Shown here: positions 39,963 through 50,134 of the stretch, piece by piece
How the letters are laid out: every line of letters begins with the position of its first letter
How positions within the stretch are numbered: the stretch's first letter is position 1
NCBI GenBank assembly: GCA_947478465.1
Contig: CANJWH010000010.1
Span: 991-64,990, forward strand
Source: Bacteroidota bacterium
Lineage (GTDB): Bacteria; Bacteroidota; Bacteroidia; SXHM01
Reading direction: 5' to 3'
Length of the DNA stretch: 64,000 nt
Translations under genes and position numbers: made by a program
Notes under the pieces: model-generated
What the model was told of the DNA's origin: nothing
The model's database searches: none
What the model saw: the letters and a program-made list of their open reading frames with translations, nothing else

Positions 39963-40493
39963 ATGTTCAAAAAAATCATATTCATCCTGCTCGGAATTAT
40001 TCTCGCTCTTATTATTGGTTTTATTGCCATCGGTTTTATTAAACCAACATATGAGGGGGGACTAACTGTTACAGTTAACGCGCCCGTTTCAACAACGTTT
40101 GCATACTTTAACAACACCGACAACATGGCAAAATGGATGGATAAGTTTAAAAGTATTGAAAACATTAGCGGAGAAAAAAATCAGGTAGGTTCAAAATGGA
40201 AACTGGTTTATGACGAAAACGGTAGTGACCTTGTAATGACAGAAACGGTTACCGCCTTTGAACAAGACAAACTATTCGCTTTTGATATGGAAGATGAATA
40301 TTTTAAAATGCATATCGAAATCCGGTTTGAAGAAAAAGACGGTAAAACGATTATTACCCAGGTTGACAAGGGAGAAGGGAAAAATCTTCCTGCACGCAGT
40401 ATGGTTGCAATTATGGGCAGCTTAGGACTCATGCAAAAGCAGCAACAGGGAATGTATAACAAACTGAAAGACTTGGTTGAAAAAACACAGTAA
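39963..40493 (+). CDS. SRPBCC (START-fold) family protein with N-terminal membrane anchor
   Basis: TM helix, then VNAPVSTTFAYF...KWM, VGSKW, MTETVTAFE. Confidence 0.8.
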   Translation: MFKKIIFILLGIILALIIGFIAIGFIKPTYEGGLTVTVNAPVSTTFAYFNNTDNMAKWMDKFKSIENISGEKNQVGSKWKLVYDENGSDLVMTETVTAFEQDKLFAFDMEDEYFKMHIEIRFEEKDGKTIITQVDKGEGKNLPARSMVAIMGSLGLMQKQQQGMYNKLKDLVEKTQ

Positions 40494-40513
40494 AGTTTTT
40501 TTAGTTTTCTGCT

Positions 40514-41281
40514 TTGTTACTTACCGATACACATACCCATCTTTATTCTGCCGAGTTTGACATCGACCGCAAACAGGTTGTTGAGCGTGCTATTGCATCC
40601 GGGGTAAAAAAGTTTTTTCTTCCTAACATTGATAGTTCTTCTGTGGAAGGAATGATTGCACTCTGCGGTCAGTTTCCCGAAAACTGCTTTTCCATGATAG
40701 GTTTGCATCCAACATCAGTAAAAGAAAATTACGAAGAAGAATTAGAAGGTGTAAAAGAGTGGCTTGGCAAACACAAGTTTTGCGCAATTGGTGAAATAGG
40801 CATTGACCTCTACTGGGACAAAACATTTTTCACGCAACAACAACTTGCTTTTGAAACTCAAATAAAATGGGCGCATGAATTTTCGTTGCCCATTGTTATT
40901 CACTCACGCAATTCATTTAACGAGATTGTAGAGGTGTTGCAGAAAAATAAAAACGAAAATCAGCGGGGAATCTTTCATTGCTTTTCAGGCAGTAAAGAAC
41001 AGGCAGAGAAAGCAATTTCTCTTGGTTTTAAATTAGGAATAGGTGGTGTGCTCACTTACAAAAATTCAGGACTTGGTCAGGCCATTGCAGGCATTGACCT
41101 GAAGCATCTGGTTCTTGAAACCGACTCGCCTTATTTAACTCCCGTTCCGCATCGAGGCAAACGAAATGAAAGCGGATATATTACTTTAGTGGCGCAAAAA
41201 CTTGCGGAAATAAAAAACATAAGCGTTGATGAAGTAGCTGAAATTACTACTGCAAACGCTAAAGAAGTTTTTGGAATTTAA
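40514..41281 (+). CDS. tatD: TatD-family hydrolase
   Basis: DTHTH, GLHP, IGEIGID, IHSR, FHCFSG, LETDSPYL. Confidence 0.93.
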   Translation: MLLTDTHTHLYSAEFDIDRKQVVERAIASGVKKFFLPNIDSSSVEGMIALCGQFPENCFSMIGLHPTSVKENYEEELEGVKEWLGKHKFCAIGEIGIDLYWDKTFFTQQQLAFETQIKWAHEFSLPIVIHSRNSFNEIVEVLQKNKNENQRGIFHCFSGSKEQAEKAISLGFKLGIGGVLTYKNSGLGQAIAGIDLKHLVLETDSPYLTPVPHRGKRNESGYITLVAQKLAEIKNISVDEVAEITTANAKEVFGI

Positions 41282-42313
41282 ATGAAAAAAGAAAAAGCTA
41301 AAGTTCTCTTAATCTACACAGGCGGCACCGTAGGTATGGTACAGGATGAAAAAACCGGTGTGCTCAAACCATTCAGCCTTGAAAGCATCATTGATTACAT
41401 TCCTGAGCTTTCAAGATTTGGCATTCGCATAGATGGATACAGCTTTAATCCGCCAATCGATTCTTCCAACATGAAACCCGAAATATGGATTCAGTTGGCA
41501 GACATCATTGGAAAGAACTACACTAAATACGATGGATTTGTGGTTCTGCACGGATCCGATACAATGGCTTACACCGCGTCTGCCTTGAGTTTTTTATTGG
41601 AAAATTTAGGGAAGCCCGTAATACTAACCGGCTCACAATTACCTGTAAACGTGCTGCGTTCCGATGCGCAGGAAAACATTATTGTCTCCATTGAAATTGC
41701 TGCTGCAAAAGAAAAAGGCAAAGCAAAAATTCCTGAGGTCTGCGTTTATTTTGAAAATCATCTTTATCGCGGAAACCGCACCTATAAACACAATGCTGAA
41801 AACTTTGACGCATTTAATTCTTCTAATTATCCTGAGTTGGCAACAGCAGGAGTTCACATCAAATACAATGACGGAGTTATTGCTAAACCGTCTGCAAAGA
41901 AATTAGTTGTTCATCAATCGCTGGATACAAATATTGCAATCGTAAAATTATTTCCCGGAACAAATCCAGCAGTGTTGGAAAGCATTTTCAATACAAAAGG
42001 ATTGAAAGCTGTTGTGCTGGAAACATACGGCACAGGAAATGCTCCAACCGACAAGGCATTTTTAAAACCGTTGGAAAAAGCAGCTAAAAAAGAAATTATA
42101 CTTTTAAATATAACACAGTGTCGTGCAGGCGCAGTTCAACAAGGCAGGTACGAAACAAGCACAGAGTTGAAGAAGATTGGAATAATAAGTGGTGCCGATA
42201 TGACTACCGAAACGGCAGTTGCCAAACTCATGTTCTTGTTGGGCGAGAATTATCCGGTTGTTTCAATTAAGAAATTGCTGCAACAATCGTTGCGCGGAGA
42301 ATTGACAATTTAA
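41282..42313 (+). CDS. ansA: Type I L-asparaginase
   Basis: YTGGTVGM, IDSSNM, LHGSDTMAY, TGSQLP, ETYGTGN, DMTTE. Confidence 0.93.
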   Translation: MKKEKAKVLLIYTGGTVGMVQDEKTGVLKPFSLESIIDYIPELSRFGIRIDGYSFNPPIDSSNMKPEIWIQLADIIGKNYTKYDGFVVLHGSDTMAYTASALSFLLENLGKPVILTGSQLPVNVLRSDAQENIIVSIEIAAAKEKGKAKIPEVCVYFENHLYRGNRTYKHNAENFDAFNSSNYPELATAGVHIKYNDGVIAKPSAKKLVVHQSLDTNIAIVKLFPGTNPAVLESIFNTKGLKAVVLETYGTGNAPTDKAFLKPLEKAAKKEIILLNITQCRAGAVQQGRYETSTELKKIGIISGADMTTETAVAKLMFLLGENYPVVSIKKLLQQSLRGELTI

Positions 42314-42323
42314 AAATTATCAG

Positions 42324-42408
42324 CGGAGAGAGAGGGATTCGAACCCTCGTTACCTTGCGGTAAACACGCTTTCCAAGCGTGCTCGATCGGCCACTCTGAC
42401 ATCTCTCC
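42324..42408 (-). tRNA. tRNA-Ser (anticodon GGA)
   Basis: Reverse complement GGAGAGATG...CACGC-TT-GGA-AA-GCGTG, long variable arm, GGTTCGAATCCC, TCTCTCC-G; CCA not encoded. Confidence 0.97.
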
Positions 42409-42449
42409 GGTTAAAGGGGTTGCGAAAGTAATACTTTTCTCGCGCTTGC

Positions 42450-44249
42450 CTAATTGATATACTCTTTCTTCACTTCAAGAGTCAGGCGGTTGTCGCTCAA
42501 CAAACGCTCACAAAGTGCTGCAGATTTAGGAAGCTCATACAGGAAGAAATAATTCATCGCAGCCAATTTGCCTTGGTAGAAATTAAATTCTTCACCTGAG
42601 GCACCTGCTGTTAAAGCCTTTTGAGCTACCATTCCTTGCTTAAGCCATTGCCATGCAATGGAAACAATTCCTGCGTTTTCAAGAAACAATGTTGCATCAG
42701 CTAAGAAAATTTCAGGAGCCTGTGATTGTGCCAGGCCCATCAATTTCATAGTTACTTCTGTGAACTTCTGCATTGCTTTAGCAAGATTTTCAGCATGTGT
42801 TTTCAGGTTTTCAACGCCTGCTGCTTCTGCAATGGTTTGATTAATTTCTGCTGCATACAACATTAAACCTTGTCCCATTTTCATCGGAATTTTTCTTGCC
42901 AGTAAATCCATTGCTTGTATTCCGGTTGTTCCCTCGTAAATAGGATTGATGCGTGTGTCGCGGAAATATTGCTCTAATGGAAAATCATCGCAGTAGCCGG
43001 CACCGCCAAGTGTTTGAACTGCTGCGCTGGTGCTTAGTACGCTCATTTCAGATGGATATGCTTTTGCAATCGGAGTAAGCAAATTCAGGAGCAAATTGTA
43101 TTTTTCTTTTTCTGCGCCTTCTGTTATTTTTTCCATATCTGAATAATATGCGCACTGCGTTACAAAAGACAAGCATCCTTCTGTAACAGCTTTTTGGAAA
43201 AGCAACATCCGTTTCACATCTGCATAATCAATAATCAACGATTGCGGAACAAGCGGGTCTTTATTTGAAACAGGACGGCCTTGTGGACGCTCATTACAAT
43301 ATTCCAACGAAGCATGGTAAGCCGCGCTACAAAGCGCGGTTGACATCATTCCCACACTGATGCGCGCACCGTTCATCATTTTAAACATATACGAAAGTCC
43401 TTTGTGTGGTTCGCCCACCAGCCATCCTTTACAGTTGTCGGCCTCGCCCATGCTAAGGTGTAAAATAGGACAACCCTTCATTCCCATTTTCCCGAAAACT
43501 CCCGCAGAAATAACATCATTGTTTACTAGCGTTCCATTCTCAGGTCTGTATTTTGGAACTACAAAAAGTGAAATTCCTTTCACCCCAACCGGTCCGCCTT
43601 TTATTTTAGCAAGCATCAGGTGAACAACATTTTCAGCACTATGATAATCACCTGCTGAGATAAAAATCTTTTGCCCTTTTATTTTGTAAGAACCATCTTC
43701 AGATGGCTCAGCAGAGGTAGTAATATCACCTAAAGAACTTCCTGCGTCCGGTTCAGTCAAAGCCATAGTTCCCTGCCATTTTCCTGAATCCATGTGAGGC
43801 ACGTAAGTTTCATTCAACTCCTTACTTCCGAAGCTGCGGATCAAATCTGAAGAGCCCATGGTCAATCCGAAATACGAAGCGGCTGAAGTATTGGCCGCAT
43901 GAAAAACGAAATTGGATGCTGCATACAGAGTTCCCGGCATTTGTTGTCCGCCCTCTTCCAACGAAGCAGAGGCAGAAATCCAGCCACCTTCACCCATGGC
44001 ATCCATCATTTTGCGAACACCATCGTGTACTGTAACCACACCATTTTCAAGGTGAGGTTTTTTCTTGTCCATTTCTGTATAAATTGGGAAAAACAATTCA
44101 TCACCTAATTTTTTTGCGGTGTCAATTGTCATATCAATTACCTCTTTGGTGTAGTCAGCGAAGTAGGGGTTTTTTGAAAGATTTTCTGCTCCTAAAACTT
44201 CGTGAAGCACAAAGCGCAGATTGCGCATGTTTACATATTCTTTTGCCAT
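42450..44249 (-). CDS. Acyl-CoA dehydrogenase (long form)
   Basis: GTMALTEPDAGS, IKGQKIFIS, GISLFVVPK, KMG, MNGAR, QTLGGAGY, PIYEGTTGIQAMDL. Confidence 0.93.
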   Translation of the reverse strand: MAKEYVNMRNLRFVLHEVLGAENLSKNPYFADYTKEVIDMTIDTAKKLGDELFFPIYTEMDKKKPHLENGVVTVHDGVRKMMDAMGEGGWISASASLEEGGQQMPGTLYAASNFVFHAANTSAASYFGLTMGSSDLIRSFGSKELNETYVPHMDSGKWQGTMALTEPDAGSSLGDITTSAEPSEDGSYKIKGQKIFISAGDYHSAENVVHLMLAKIKGGPVGVKGISLFVVPKYRPENGTLVNNDVISAGVFGKMGMKGCPILHLSMGEADNCKGWLVGEPHKGLSYMFKMMNGARISVGMMSTALCSAAYHASLEYCNERPQGRPVSNKDPLVPQSLIIDYADVKRMLLFQKAVTEGCLSFVTQCAYYSDMEKITEGAEKEKYNLLLNLLTPIAKAYPSEMSVLSTSAAVQTLGGAGYCDDFPLEQYFRDTRINPIYEGTTGIQAMDLLARKIPMKMGQGLMLYAAEINQTIAEAAGVENLKTHAENLAKAMQKFTEVTMKLMGLAQSQAPEIFLADATLFLENAGIVSIAWQWLKQGMVAQKALTAGASGEEFNFYQGKLAAMNYFFLYELPKSAALCERLLSDNRLTLEVKKEYIN

Positions 44250-44306
44250 AAGTATTTTTTTAAGGGAAGGCGAAAATACAAAATGCTACTTTTGAGCACA
44301 CACAAA

Positions 44307-45179
44307 ATGGAAACTATTTTATCAAACAATTTTCTTCGCGTAAAAGCAAAGTCTAAAGGAGCTGAACTTAGCAGTATCATTGATTTGCGCGATAATTCTG
44401 AACATCTTTGGCAAGCCGACCCTGCTTTCTGGAACTGGCACGCGCCTGTTTTATTTCCAAAAATAGGTGAGTCGGTAAACGAACAAATTTCATTTTCTGG
44501 AACGAAATACAAAATGCCGAAACACGGTTTGGCAAGGCATCTTGATTTTACGGCAGACAAAAAATCAGAGACAGAAGTTGTGTTCATGCTTCGCAGTAAT
44601 GAAGAAACATTGAAGCAATATCCTTTTCGTTTTTGTTTTCAAATCAGTTATATGCTGGAAGAAAACAAGCTTAGAAATATTTACGCTGTGATTAACGAAT
44701 ATGAAAAACCAATGCCTTTCACCATTGGCGGGCATCCTGCTTTTGCAGTTCCATTTTTTGCCAATGAAATGTTGGAAGATTATTTTCTTGAATTTGAAAA
44801 TGAGGAATCAGTTTCACGACATTTAATTGATGATAATGGTTTGTTCAATGGAGTAACAGAATGTGTGTTGAATAACGAAAAGAGAATTCCGCTCACCAAA
44901 GAATTGTTCAACCGTGATGCGTTAATTTTTAAAGAACACGTTTCACGCAAAATTTCTATCGGCAGTAATAACCACAACAAAAGACTGACTGTTGAGTTTG
45001 CAGATTTTCCTTACCTCGGTATTTGGGCAAAACCCGGTGCGCCTTACGTGTGCATTGAGCCCTGGATTGGTTGTGCCGAAAATGCAGGGAAAGAAATTGA
45101 CTTTGCAGAAAAAGAACATTGCATCATCTTGCAGCCGGGAGAAAAATTCAGTTGTGAGTTTTCAGCAACTATCGGATAA
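44307..45179 (+). CDS. Aldose 1-epimerase family protein (LacX-like)
   Basis: KGAELSSI, LWQAD, APVLFP, HGLAR, GGHPAF, YLGIW, YVCIEPW. Confidence 0.9.
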   Translation: METILSNNFLRVKAKSKGAELSSIIDLRDNSEHLWQADPAFWNWHAPVLFPKIGESVNEQISFSGTKYKMPKHGLARHLDFTADKKSETEVVFMLRSNEETLKQYPFRFCFQISYMLEENKLRNIYAVINEYEKPMPFTIGGHPAFAVPFFANEMLEDYFLEFENEESVSRHLIDDNGLFNGVTECVLNNEKRIPLTKELFNRDALIFKEHVSRKISIGSNNHNKRLTVEFADFPYLGIWAKPGAPYVCIEPWIGCAENAGKEIDFAEKEHCIILQPGEKFSCEFSATIG

Positions 45180-45218
45180 TAGCATCAGCAAAATCCCTAT
45201 TTTCGTGCCTCTTTTGAG

Positions 45219-48200
45219 ATGGACTTAGAGGCTGTAAAGAATAGATTTTCGCAACACCCGCGCATCGCTGAATTGGTTAACTCGCTTTCGGCAGGTAATT
45301 CTACGCGCATTCACATCAAAAATCTTGCTGGCTCGTCTTCAGCTTTTGCTGCGGCAACTGTTGTTTCCAAAATTCCGAAAACGCATGTTTTTATCTTGCC
45401 GGGCAAGGAAGAAGCTGCTTATTTTCTGAATGATATTGAAGTGATGCTGGGCAAAGAACAAGTTTTGTTTTTCCCGATGTCGTATCGCAGGCCTTATAGT
45501 GAAGAGGAGAAGACAGACAACAGCAATGTGGTTGAGCGGGCGGAAACGCTTAACAAACTCAATCAGAATTTTGCGCGAGCAGTTGTTACCTATCCTGAAG
45601 CTCTTTCTGAAAAAGTTATCACGAGAAAAGTTTTAGAAAAGAATACGCTGTTGTTGAAAACAGGCGACACTCACGGAATTGATTTTATCACTGATGTGTT
45701 GTATGAATATCATTTTGAGCAGGTGGATTATGTTTTCCTGCCGGGGCAGTTTGCAGTGCGTGGTGGCATTGTAGATATGTTTTCGTTTTCAGGAGAATAT
45801 CCTTTGCGTGTTGAGTTTTTCGGAAACACGATTGAGAGCATCCGCAGCTTTGATCCTTCAACACAATTGTCGGTTGCCAATCTTGTGCGGGCTACTATTC
45901 TTCCTAATGTACAACAAAGCCTGTTGCACGAAAGCCGTGTTTCCTTTTTAGAATTTATTCCTGCTGAAAGTCTGGTGTGGATCACAGATGTAAGAAGTGC
46001 GGTTGCAGTTTTAAATTCAGAACTGGAGGTGGCAAAAGCAGCTTTTGAGAATCTGAAAACTGAAATGAATTATTTACCGCCTGAGGAAAAATACATCAGC
46101 GGAAATTATTTTATAGACAAGTTTAAACAACACAGTATTGTAGAATTAGGACAGGCAGAATATTTTGATGATGTACAAACGATTGAGTTTAATACTTCGC
46201 CACAACCCGCATTCAATAAGAATTTTGAAATGCTGGGCGATCATCTTCGCAAAAATTCTTCGGCCGGTTATCAAAATCTTTTAGCTGCAGAAAATCCCAA
46301 ACAGGCTGAACGCTTGTATTCTATTTTTGAAGACATGCCTGTTAAAGCAGGAGAAAAGAAACCGGTGTTTACACCTTTAGTAGTTTCGATTTCTGAAGGA
46401 TTTACCGACCATGATTTAAAAATATCTTTCTACACCGACCACCAGATTTTTGAGCGTTACCACCGTTTCAAACTGCGTAACGGTTTTGTAAAATCACGTG
46501 AAGCGATTACGCTGAAAGAATTGCATGGATTAAATCCGGGCGACTTTGTTACCCATATAGATCATGGTATCGGGAGATTTGCAGGTCTGGAAAAAATTGA
46601 TGTGAATGGAAAGATGCAGGAGGCTGTGCGACTGGTTTATCGTGACAATGATATATTGTATGTCAGCATTCATTCGCTGCACCGCATTGCAAAATATTCG
46701 GGGAAAGATGGAAATGAGCCAAAGATAAATAAGTTGGGTTCTGGCGCATGGCAAGCGATGAAGTTGAAAACCAAATCAAAGGTTAAAGACATTGCTAAAG
46801 ATTTAATAAAACTGTATGCACAGCGCAGAGCGAAAAAAGGTTTTGAGTTTTCGCAGGATAATTATTTGCAAACTGAACTTGAAGCAAGTTTTATTTATGA
46901 AGATACGCCTGATCAGGTGAAATCAACTGCGGATGTGAAGAAGGACATGGAGCAAAATTTTCCGATGGATAGATTGATATGCGGTGATGTTGGTTTCGGG
47001 AAAACAGAGATTGCAATACGTGCTGCTTTCAAAGCGGTATGCGACAGCAAGCAGGTGGCAGTCCTGGTTCCTACTACAATTCTTGCATTGCAGCATTACA
47101 AAACTTTTAGTGAGCGATTGAAGAATTTTCCGTGTCGTGTTGATTACATCAATCGTTTTAAAACTGCGGGACAACAAAAAGAAACACTTAAAAAATTAGC
47201 TAATGGAGAGATTGATATCATTATTGGCACTCATCGGATTGTAAGTAAAGATGTAAAGTTTAAAGACCTTGGTTTGCTGATTGTAGATGAAGAACAAAAG
47301 TTTGGCGTAGGTGTGAAAGAGAAACTGAAAGCTTTTCGAGTGAATGTAGATACGCTAACGTTAACAGCAACACCAATCCCACGTACGCTGCAGTTTTCGC
47401 TTATGGGAGCGCGGGATTTATCTATAATTAATACAGCACCTCCAAATCGTTTTCCTGTAATTACCGAAGTGCATACGTTTAATGAAGAAGCTATCCGTGA
47501 TGCTATACGCTATGAAATTGACAGGGGTGGGCAAGTGTTTTTTGTAAATAACAGAATTGAAAATATTCGTGAGGTTGCAGGAATGATTTCACGACTTTGT
47601 CCGGATGTGCGGGTTGGTATAGGGCATGGACAATTAGAAGGACATCAACTCGAAGAAGTGATGATGAATTTTATTGAAGGCGCAACAGATGTGCTGGTTG
47701 CCACATCCATCATTGAATCCGGATTAGATATTTCTAATGCTAACACTATCATCATTAATAATGCGCAAAATTTCGGATTAAGTGATTTGCACCAGATGCG
47801 CGGCAGGGTGGGGCGTTCGAACAAAAAAGCATTTTGTTATTTATTGGCTCCGCCAAGCGAAATGCTGAGCACCGAAGCTAAAAAACGTTTACGGGCAATT
47901 GAAGAATTTTCAGAGCTCGGTAGCGGTTTCAATATTGCCATGCGCGATCTGGATATTCGCGGAGCAGGAAATTTATTGGGTGCTGAACAAAGCGGATTTA
48001 TTTCTGACATTGGGTTTGAGATGTATCACAAAATTCTGGACGAGGCGATACAGGAATTGAAATTGGAGTTGGATCAGGAAACTGACATTCAGCAGAAAGA
48101 AAGAAAACCTAATGCAGCAGCACATATTCAGCAACTTTCTTATGTCAGAGATTGTGTGATTGATACCGACTTGGAAATTCTTTTGCCGGATAATTATGTG

Positions 48201-48596
48201 AATAATATCACAGAGCGTCTAGGGCTTTACCGTGAGCTGGATGATATTGAAAACGAAACAAGCTTACAGCTATTCGAAAAAAATATGATTGACCGTTTTG
48301 GTCCGTTTCCAAAGCAGGCAGAAGAATTACTTAACACTATTCGCTTGCGTTGGATTGCGAAAGAAATTGGTTTTGAACGATTGATTTTAAAGAATAAAAA
48401 ACTTACGGGTTATTTTATTTCTTCACCTAACTCAGCGTATTTTCAAAGTGATATTTTTGGTAAGGTGTTGCAGTATGTCCAAACGCACGGCAAGGATTGC
48501 CGCATGACACAAAAAGGGGAGAAGCTGATGTTGAGTTTTGAAAATGTCAACCGAGTAGACGAAGCAATTCGTTGGTTGAAACAGATTCTTGCTTAA
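45219..48596 (+). CDS. mfd: Transcription-repair coupling factor
   Basis: CarD-like RID (VTHIDHGIGRF), GDVGFGKTE, DEEQKFGV, TATPIPRTL, QMRGRVGRS, DLDIRGAGNLLG, TRCF C-terminus. Confidence 0.97.
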   Translation: MDLEAVKNRFSQHPRIAELVNSLSAGNSTRIHIKNLAGSSSAFAAATVVSKIPKTHVFILPGKEEAAYFLNDIEVMLGKEQVLFFPMSYRRPYSEEEKTDNSNVVERAETLNKLNQNFARAVVTYPEALSEKVITRKVLEKNTLLLKTGDTHGIDFITDVLYEYHFEQVDYVFLPGQFAVRGGIVDMFSFSGEYPLRVEFFGNTIESIRSFDPSTQLSVANLVRATILPNVQQSLLHESRVSFLEFIPAESLVWITDVRSAVAVLNSELEVAKAAFENLKTEMNYLPPEEKYISGNYFIDKFKQHSIVELGQAEYFDDVQTIEFNTSPQPAFNKNFEMLGDHLRKNSSAGYQNLLAAENPKQAERLYSIFEDMPVKAGEKKPVFTPLVVSISEGFTDHDLKISFYTDHQIFERYHRFKLRNGFVKSREAITLKELHGLNPGDFVTHIDHGIGRFAGLEKIDVNGKMQEAVRLVYRDNDILYVSIHSLHRIAKYSGKDGNEPKINKLGSGAWQAMKLKTKSKVKDIAKDLIKLYAQRRAKKGFEFSQDNYLQTELEASFIYEDTPDQVKSTADVKKDMEQNFPMDRLICGDVGFGKTEIAIRAAFKAVCDSKQVAVLVPTTILALQHYKTFSERLKNFPCRVDYINRFKTAGQQKETLKKLANGEIDIIIGTHRIVSKDVKFKDLGLLIVDEEQKFGVGVKEKLKAFRVNVDTLTLTATPIPRTLQFSLMGARDLSIINTAPPNRFPVITEVHTFNEEAIRDAIRYEIDRGGQVFFVNNRIENIREVAGMISRLCPDVRVGIGHGQLEGHQLEEVMMNFIEGATDVLVATSIIESGLDISNANTIIINNAQNFGLSDLHQMRGRVGRSNKKAFCYLLAPPSEMLSTEAKKRLRAIEEFSELGSGFNIAMRDLDIRGAGNLLGAEQSGFISDIGFEMYHKILDEAIQELKLELDQETDIQQKERKPNAAAHIQQLSYVRDCVIDTDLEILLPDNYVNNITERLGLYRELDDIENETSLQLFEKNMIDRFGPFPKQAEELLNTIRLRWIAKEIGFERLILKNKKLTGYFISSPNSAYFQSDIFGKVLQYVQTHGKDCRMTQKGEKLMLSFENVNRVDEAIRWLKQILA

Positions 48597-49756
48597 TCTT
48601 TTTTCGAATCAATTATCACAACTGCATCCGCAATCACCTTTGCCATTTTACTCATTGTATCATTGCTGAGGCATTCAATAGTATCTCGTCTGGTGTGGTA
48701 AGTTGGATGAAGCTTGTGCATTGGCAAACCTACTACTGAAACAGCGGGAATTCCATTTCGGGTGAAACTGGATGCATCAGTAGCGCCTATAGGAATCATT
48801 CCTGATTTTTTCTCCAACCCATTTGATTTAAAAGCTTTACCGAGGGTTTCAATCAGGTATTTATCGTGACGGGCAAAAAGGGATAATTCAAAATCAATAA
48901 TATGCATTTCATTTATGTCGAGCATTCCGTCAAGGTTAATAATATGTGTTGCCTTTATTAGTTCATCACGATGCTTTTGCTCATAGGCTTTTGAACCTTT
49001 GAGACCGGTTTCTTCCGAACCGAAAGAAATGATTTTTAAACGTGTATTTTTCAGAACTGATTTTCCATCTTTCAAAAGATTTTGTGCAGCAAAGAAGGCA
49101 ACAGCAACCCCGGAAAGGTTATCCTGTGCGCCATCTACAACTCGTTTTCCGTGAATAAAAAAGAAGCTTAATGAGAAAATGCTGCAAAATGCAAAGCAAT
49201 ACCAACCATAGCTGAGGAAAGGACTAAACCCAAAAACTAGAGATGATAAATAGAAAACAGGAAGTGTTACAAATGCAACTCCGCTAACCAGCATCATACG
49301 GATACCCCAATCGCGAAAATAATACCACCAGATAAATTCGGGAGTACTATCCATGTGTCCTGAAATAATTACGGTTTGTTTCACTTCGCCAACAGGTTCT
49401 ATTGTGCCGATAACATTACGCGAAGTAAGTTTTGGATAAAAAATATCAAGCCAATCTTTATACATCAGAAAATGAAAAAAGAAAACCACAGAATTTACTG
49501 CACTTACTGCAATGGCAAAGTTTACAGACCAAAGCGGTAAGACCAATGAAATATAAAACAGAATGCAGAAAATTTTAAGAGAAGAAAACTTTGCAGTAAG
49601 AGCATCGGTAAATTCTTCGGTTTCTACGGTGTTGCAAATCGGTTTGAGTTGCTCTGAAAAATACTCTTGTGCATTTTTTTCAGCAATACTTCCAGCCCTT
49701 CGCGGACCAAATTTTTGGATAATAGTGGATACTAAATCTAGAGGAGTTTGCAGCAT
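48593..49756 (-). CDS. Membrane-embedded M28-family peptidase
   Basis: FGPRRAGS, SGHMDS, GAQDNLSG, GSEETGL, NLDG, TDA, YHT, with four hydrophobic inserts. Confidence 0.85.
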   Translation of the reverse strand: MLQTPLDLVSTIIQKFGPRRAGSIAEKNAQEYFSEQLKPICNTVETEEFTDALTAKFSSLKIFCILFYISLVLPLWSVNFAIAVSAVNSVVFFFHFLMYKDWLDIFYPKLTSRNVIGTIEPVGEVKQTVIISGHMDSTPEFIWWYYFRDWGIRMMLVSGVAFVTLPVFYLSSLVFGFSPFLSYGWYCFAFCSIFSLSFFFIHGKRVVDGAQDNLSGVAVAFFAAQNLLKDGKSVLKNTRLKIISFGSEETGLKGSKAYEQKHRDELIKATHIINLDGMLDINEMHIIDFELSLFARHDKYLIETLGKAFKSNGLEKKSGMIPIGATDASSFTRNGIPAVSVVGLPMHKLHPTYHTRRDTIECLSNDTMSKMAKVIADAVVIIDSKKD

Positions 49757-49914
49757 GAAATAATTTTATGATCGGTTTTGTTTCAAAAGTAAAATAAAAA
49801 AGACTCCGCACGCTTTGCGCTTTCACCTGAGATCTCAAAACTTTACGTCCCTTTGCGCAATCCCGCTCTTAACATTGGTTAATTTGCAATCAACCTTTCT
49901 GTCCCTATAATTAC

Positions 49915-50088
49915 CCTAACTCACCGTATTTTCAAAGTGATGCTTTTGGGAAGGTACTTAATTATGTGCAAACACACGGTAAAGATTGCCGCATGACCCA
50001 GAAAGGGGATAAGCTGATGCTGAGTTTTGAGAATGTGGTTACGGTCGGGGGTGGGATTAAGTGGTTGGGTGGGATTTTGTCACCCTGA
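49915..50088 (+). pseudogene. Orphan diverged copy of the mfd 3' end (57 codons + stop)
   Basis: Translates PNSPYFQSDAFGKVLNYVQTHGKDCRMTQKGDKLMLSFENV..., colinear with mfd 48426-48596; 104/123 nt identical over the first 41 codons; no start codon at the beginning of the aligned segment. Confidence 0.9.
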
Positions 50089-50102
50089 GCATAGTCGAAG
50101 GG
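50079..50102. repeat. REP-like unit GTCACCCTGAGCATAGTCGAAGGG
   Basis: Shares the GTCACCCTGA head with the REP family; supplies the TGA of the mfd remnant. Confidence 0.55.
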
Positions 50103-50134
50103 CTTTATTATAAGCAAAGCCAACATCCCAACCT

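Noticed and set aside
42324..42408. tRNA-Ser as an integration site
   Set aside because: No duplicated tRNA 3' end or integrase was seen; the flanks are housekeeping genes.
49915..50088. mfd repeat pair as a diversity-generating retroelement TR/VR
   Set aside because: Differences are mostly synonymous third-position changes rather than adenine-specific, and no reverse transcriptase is present.
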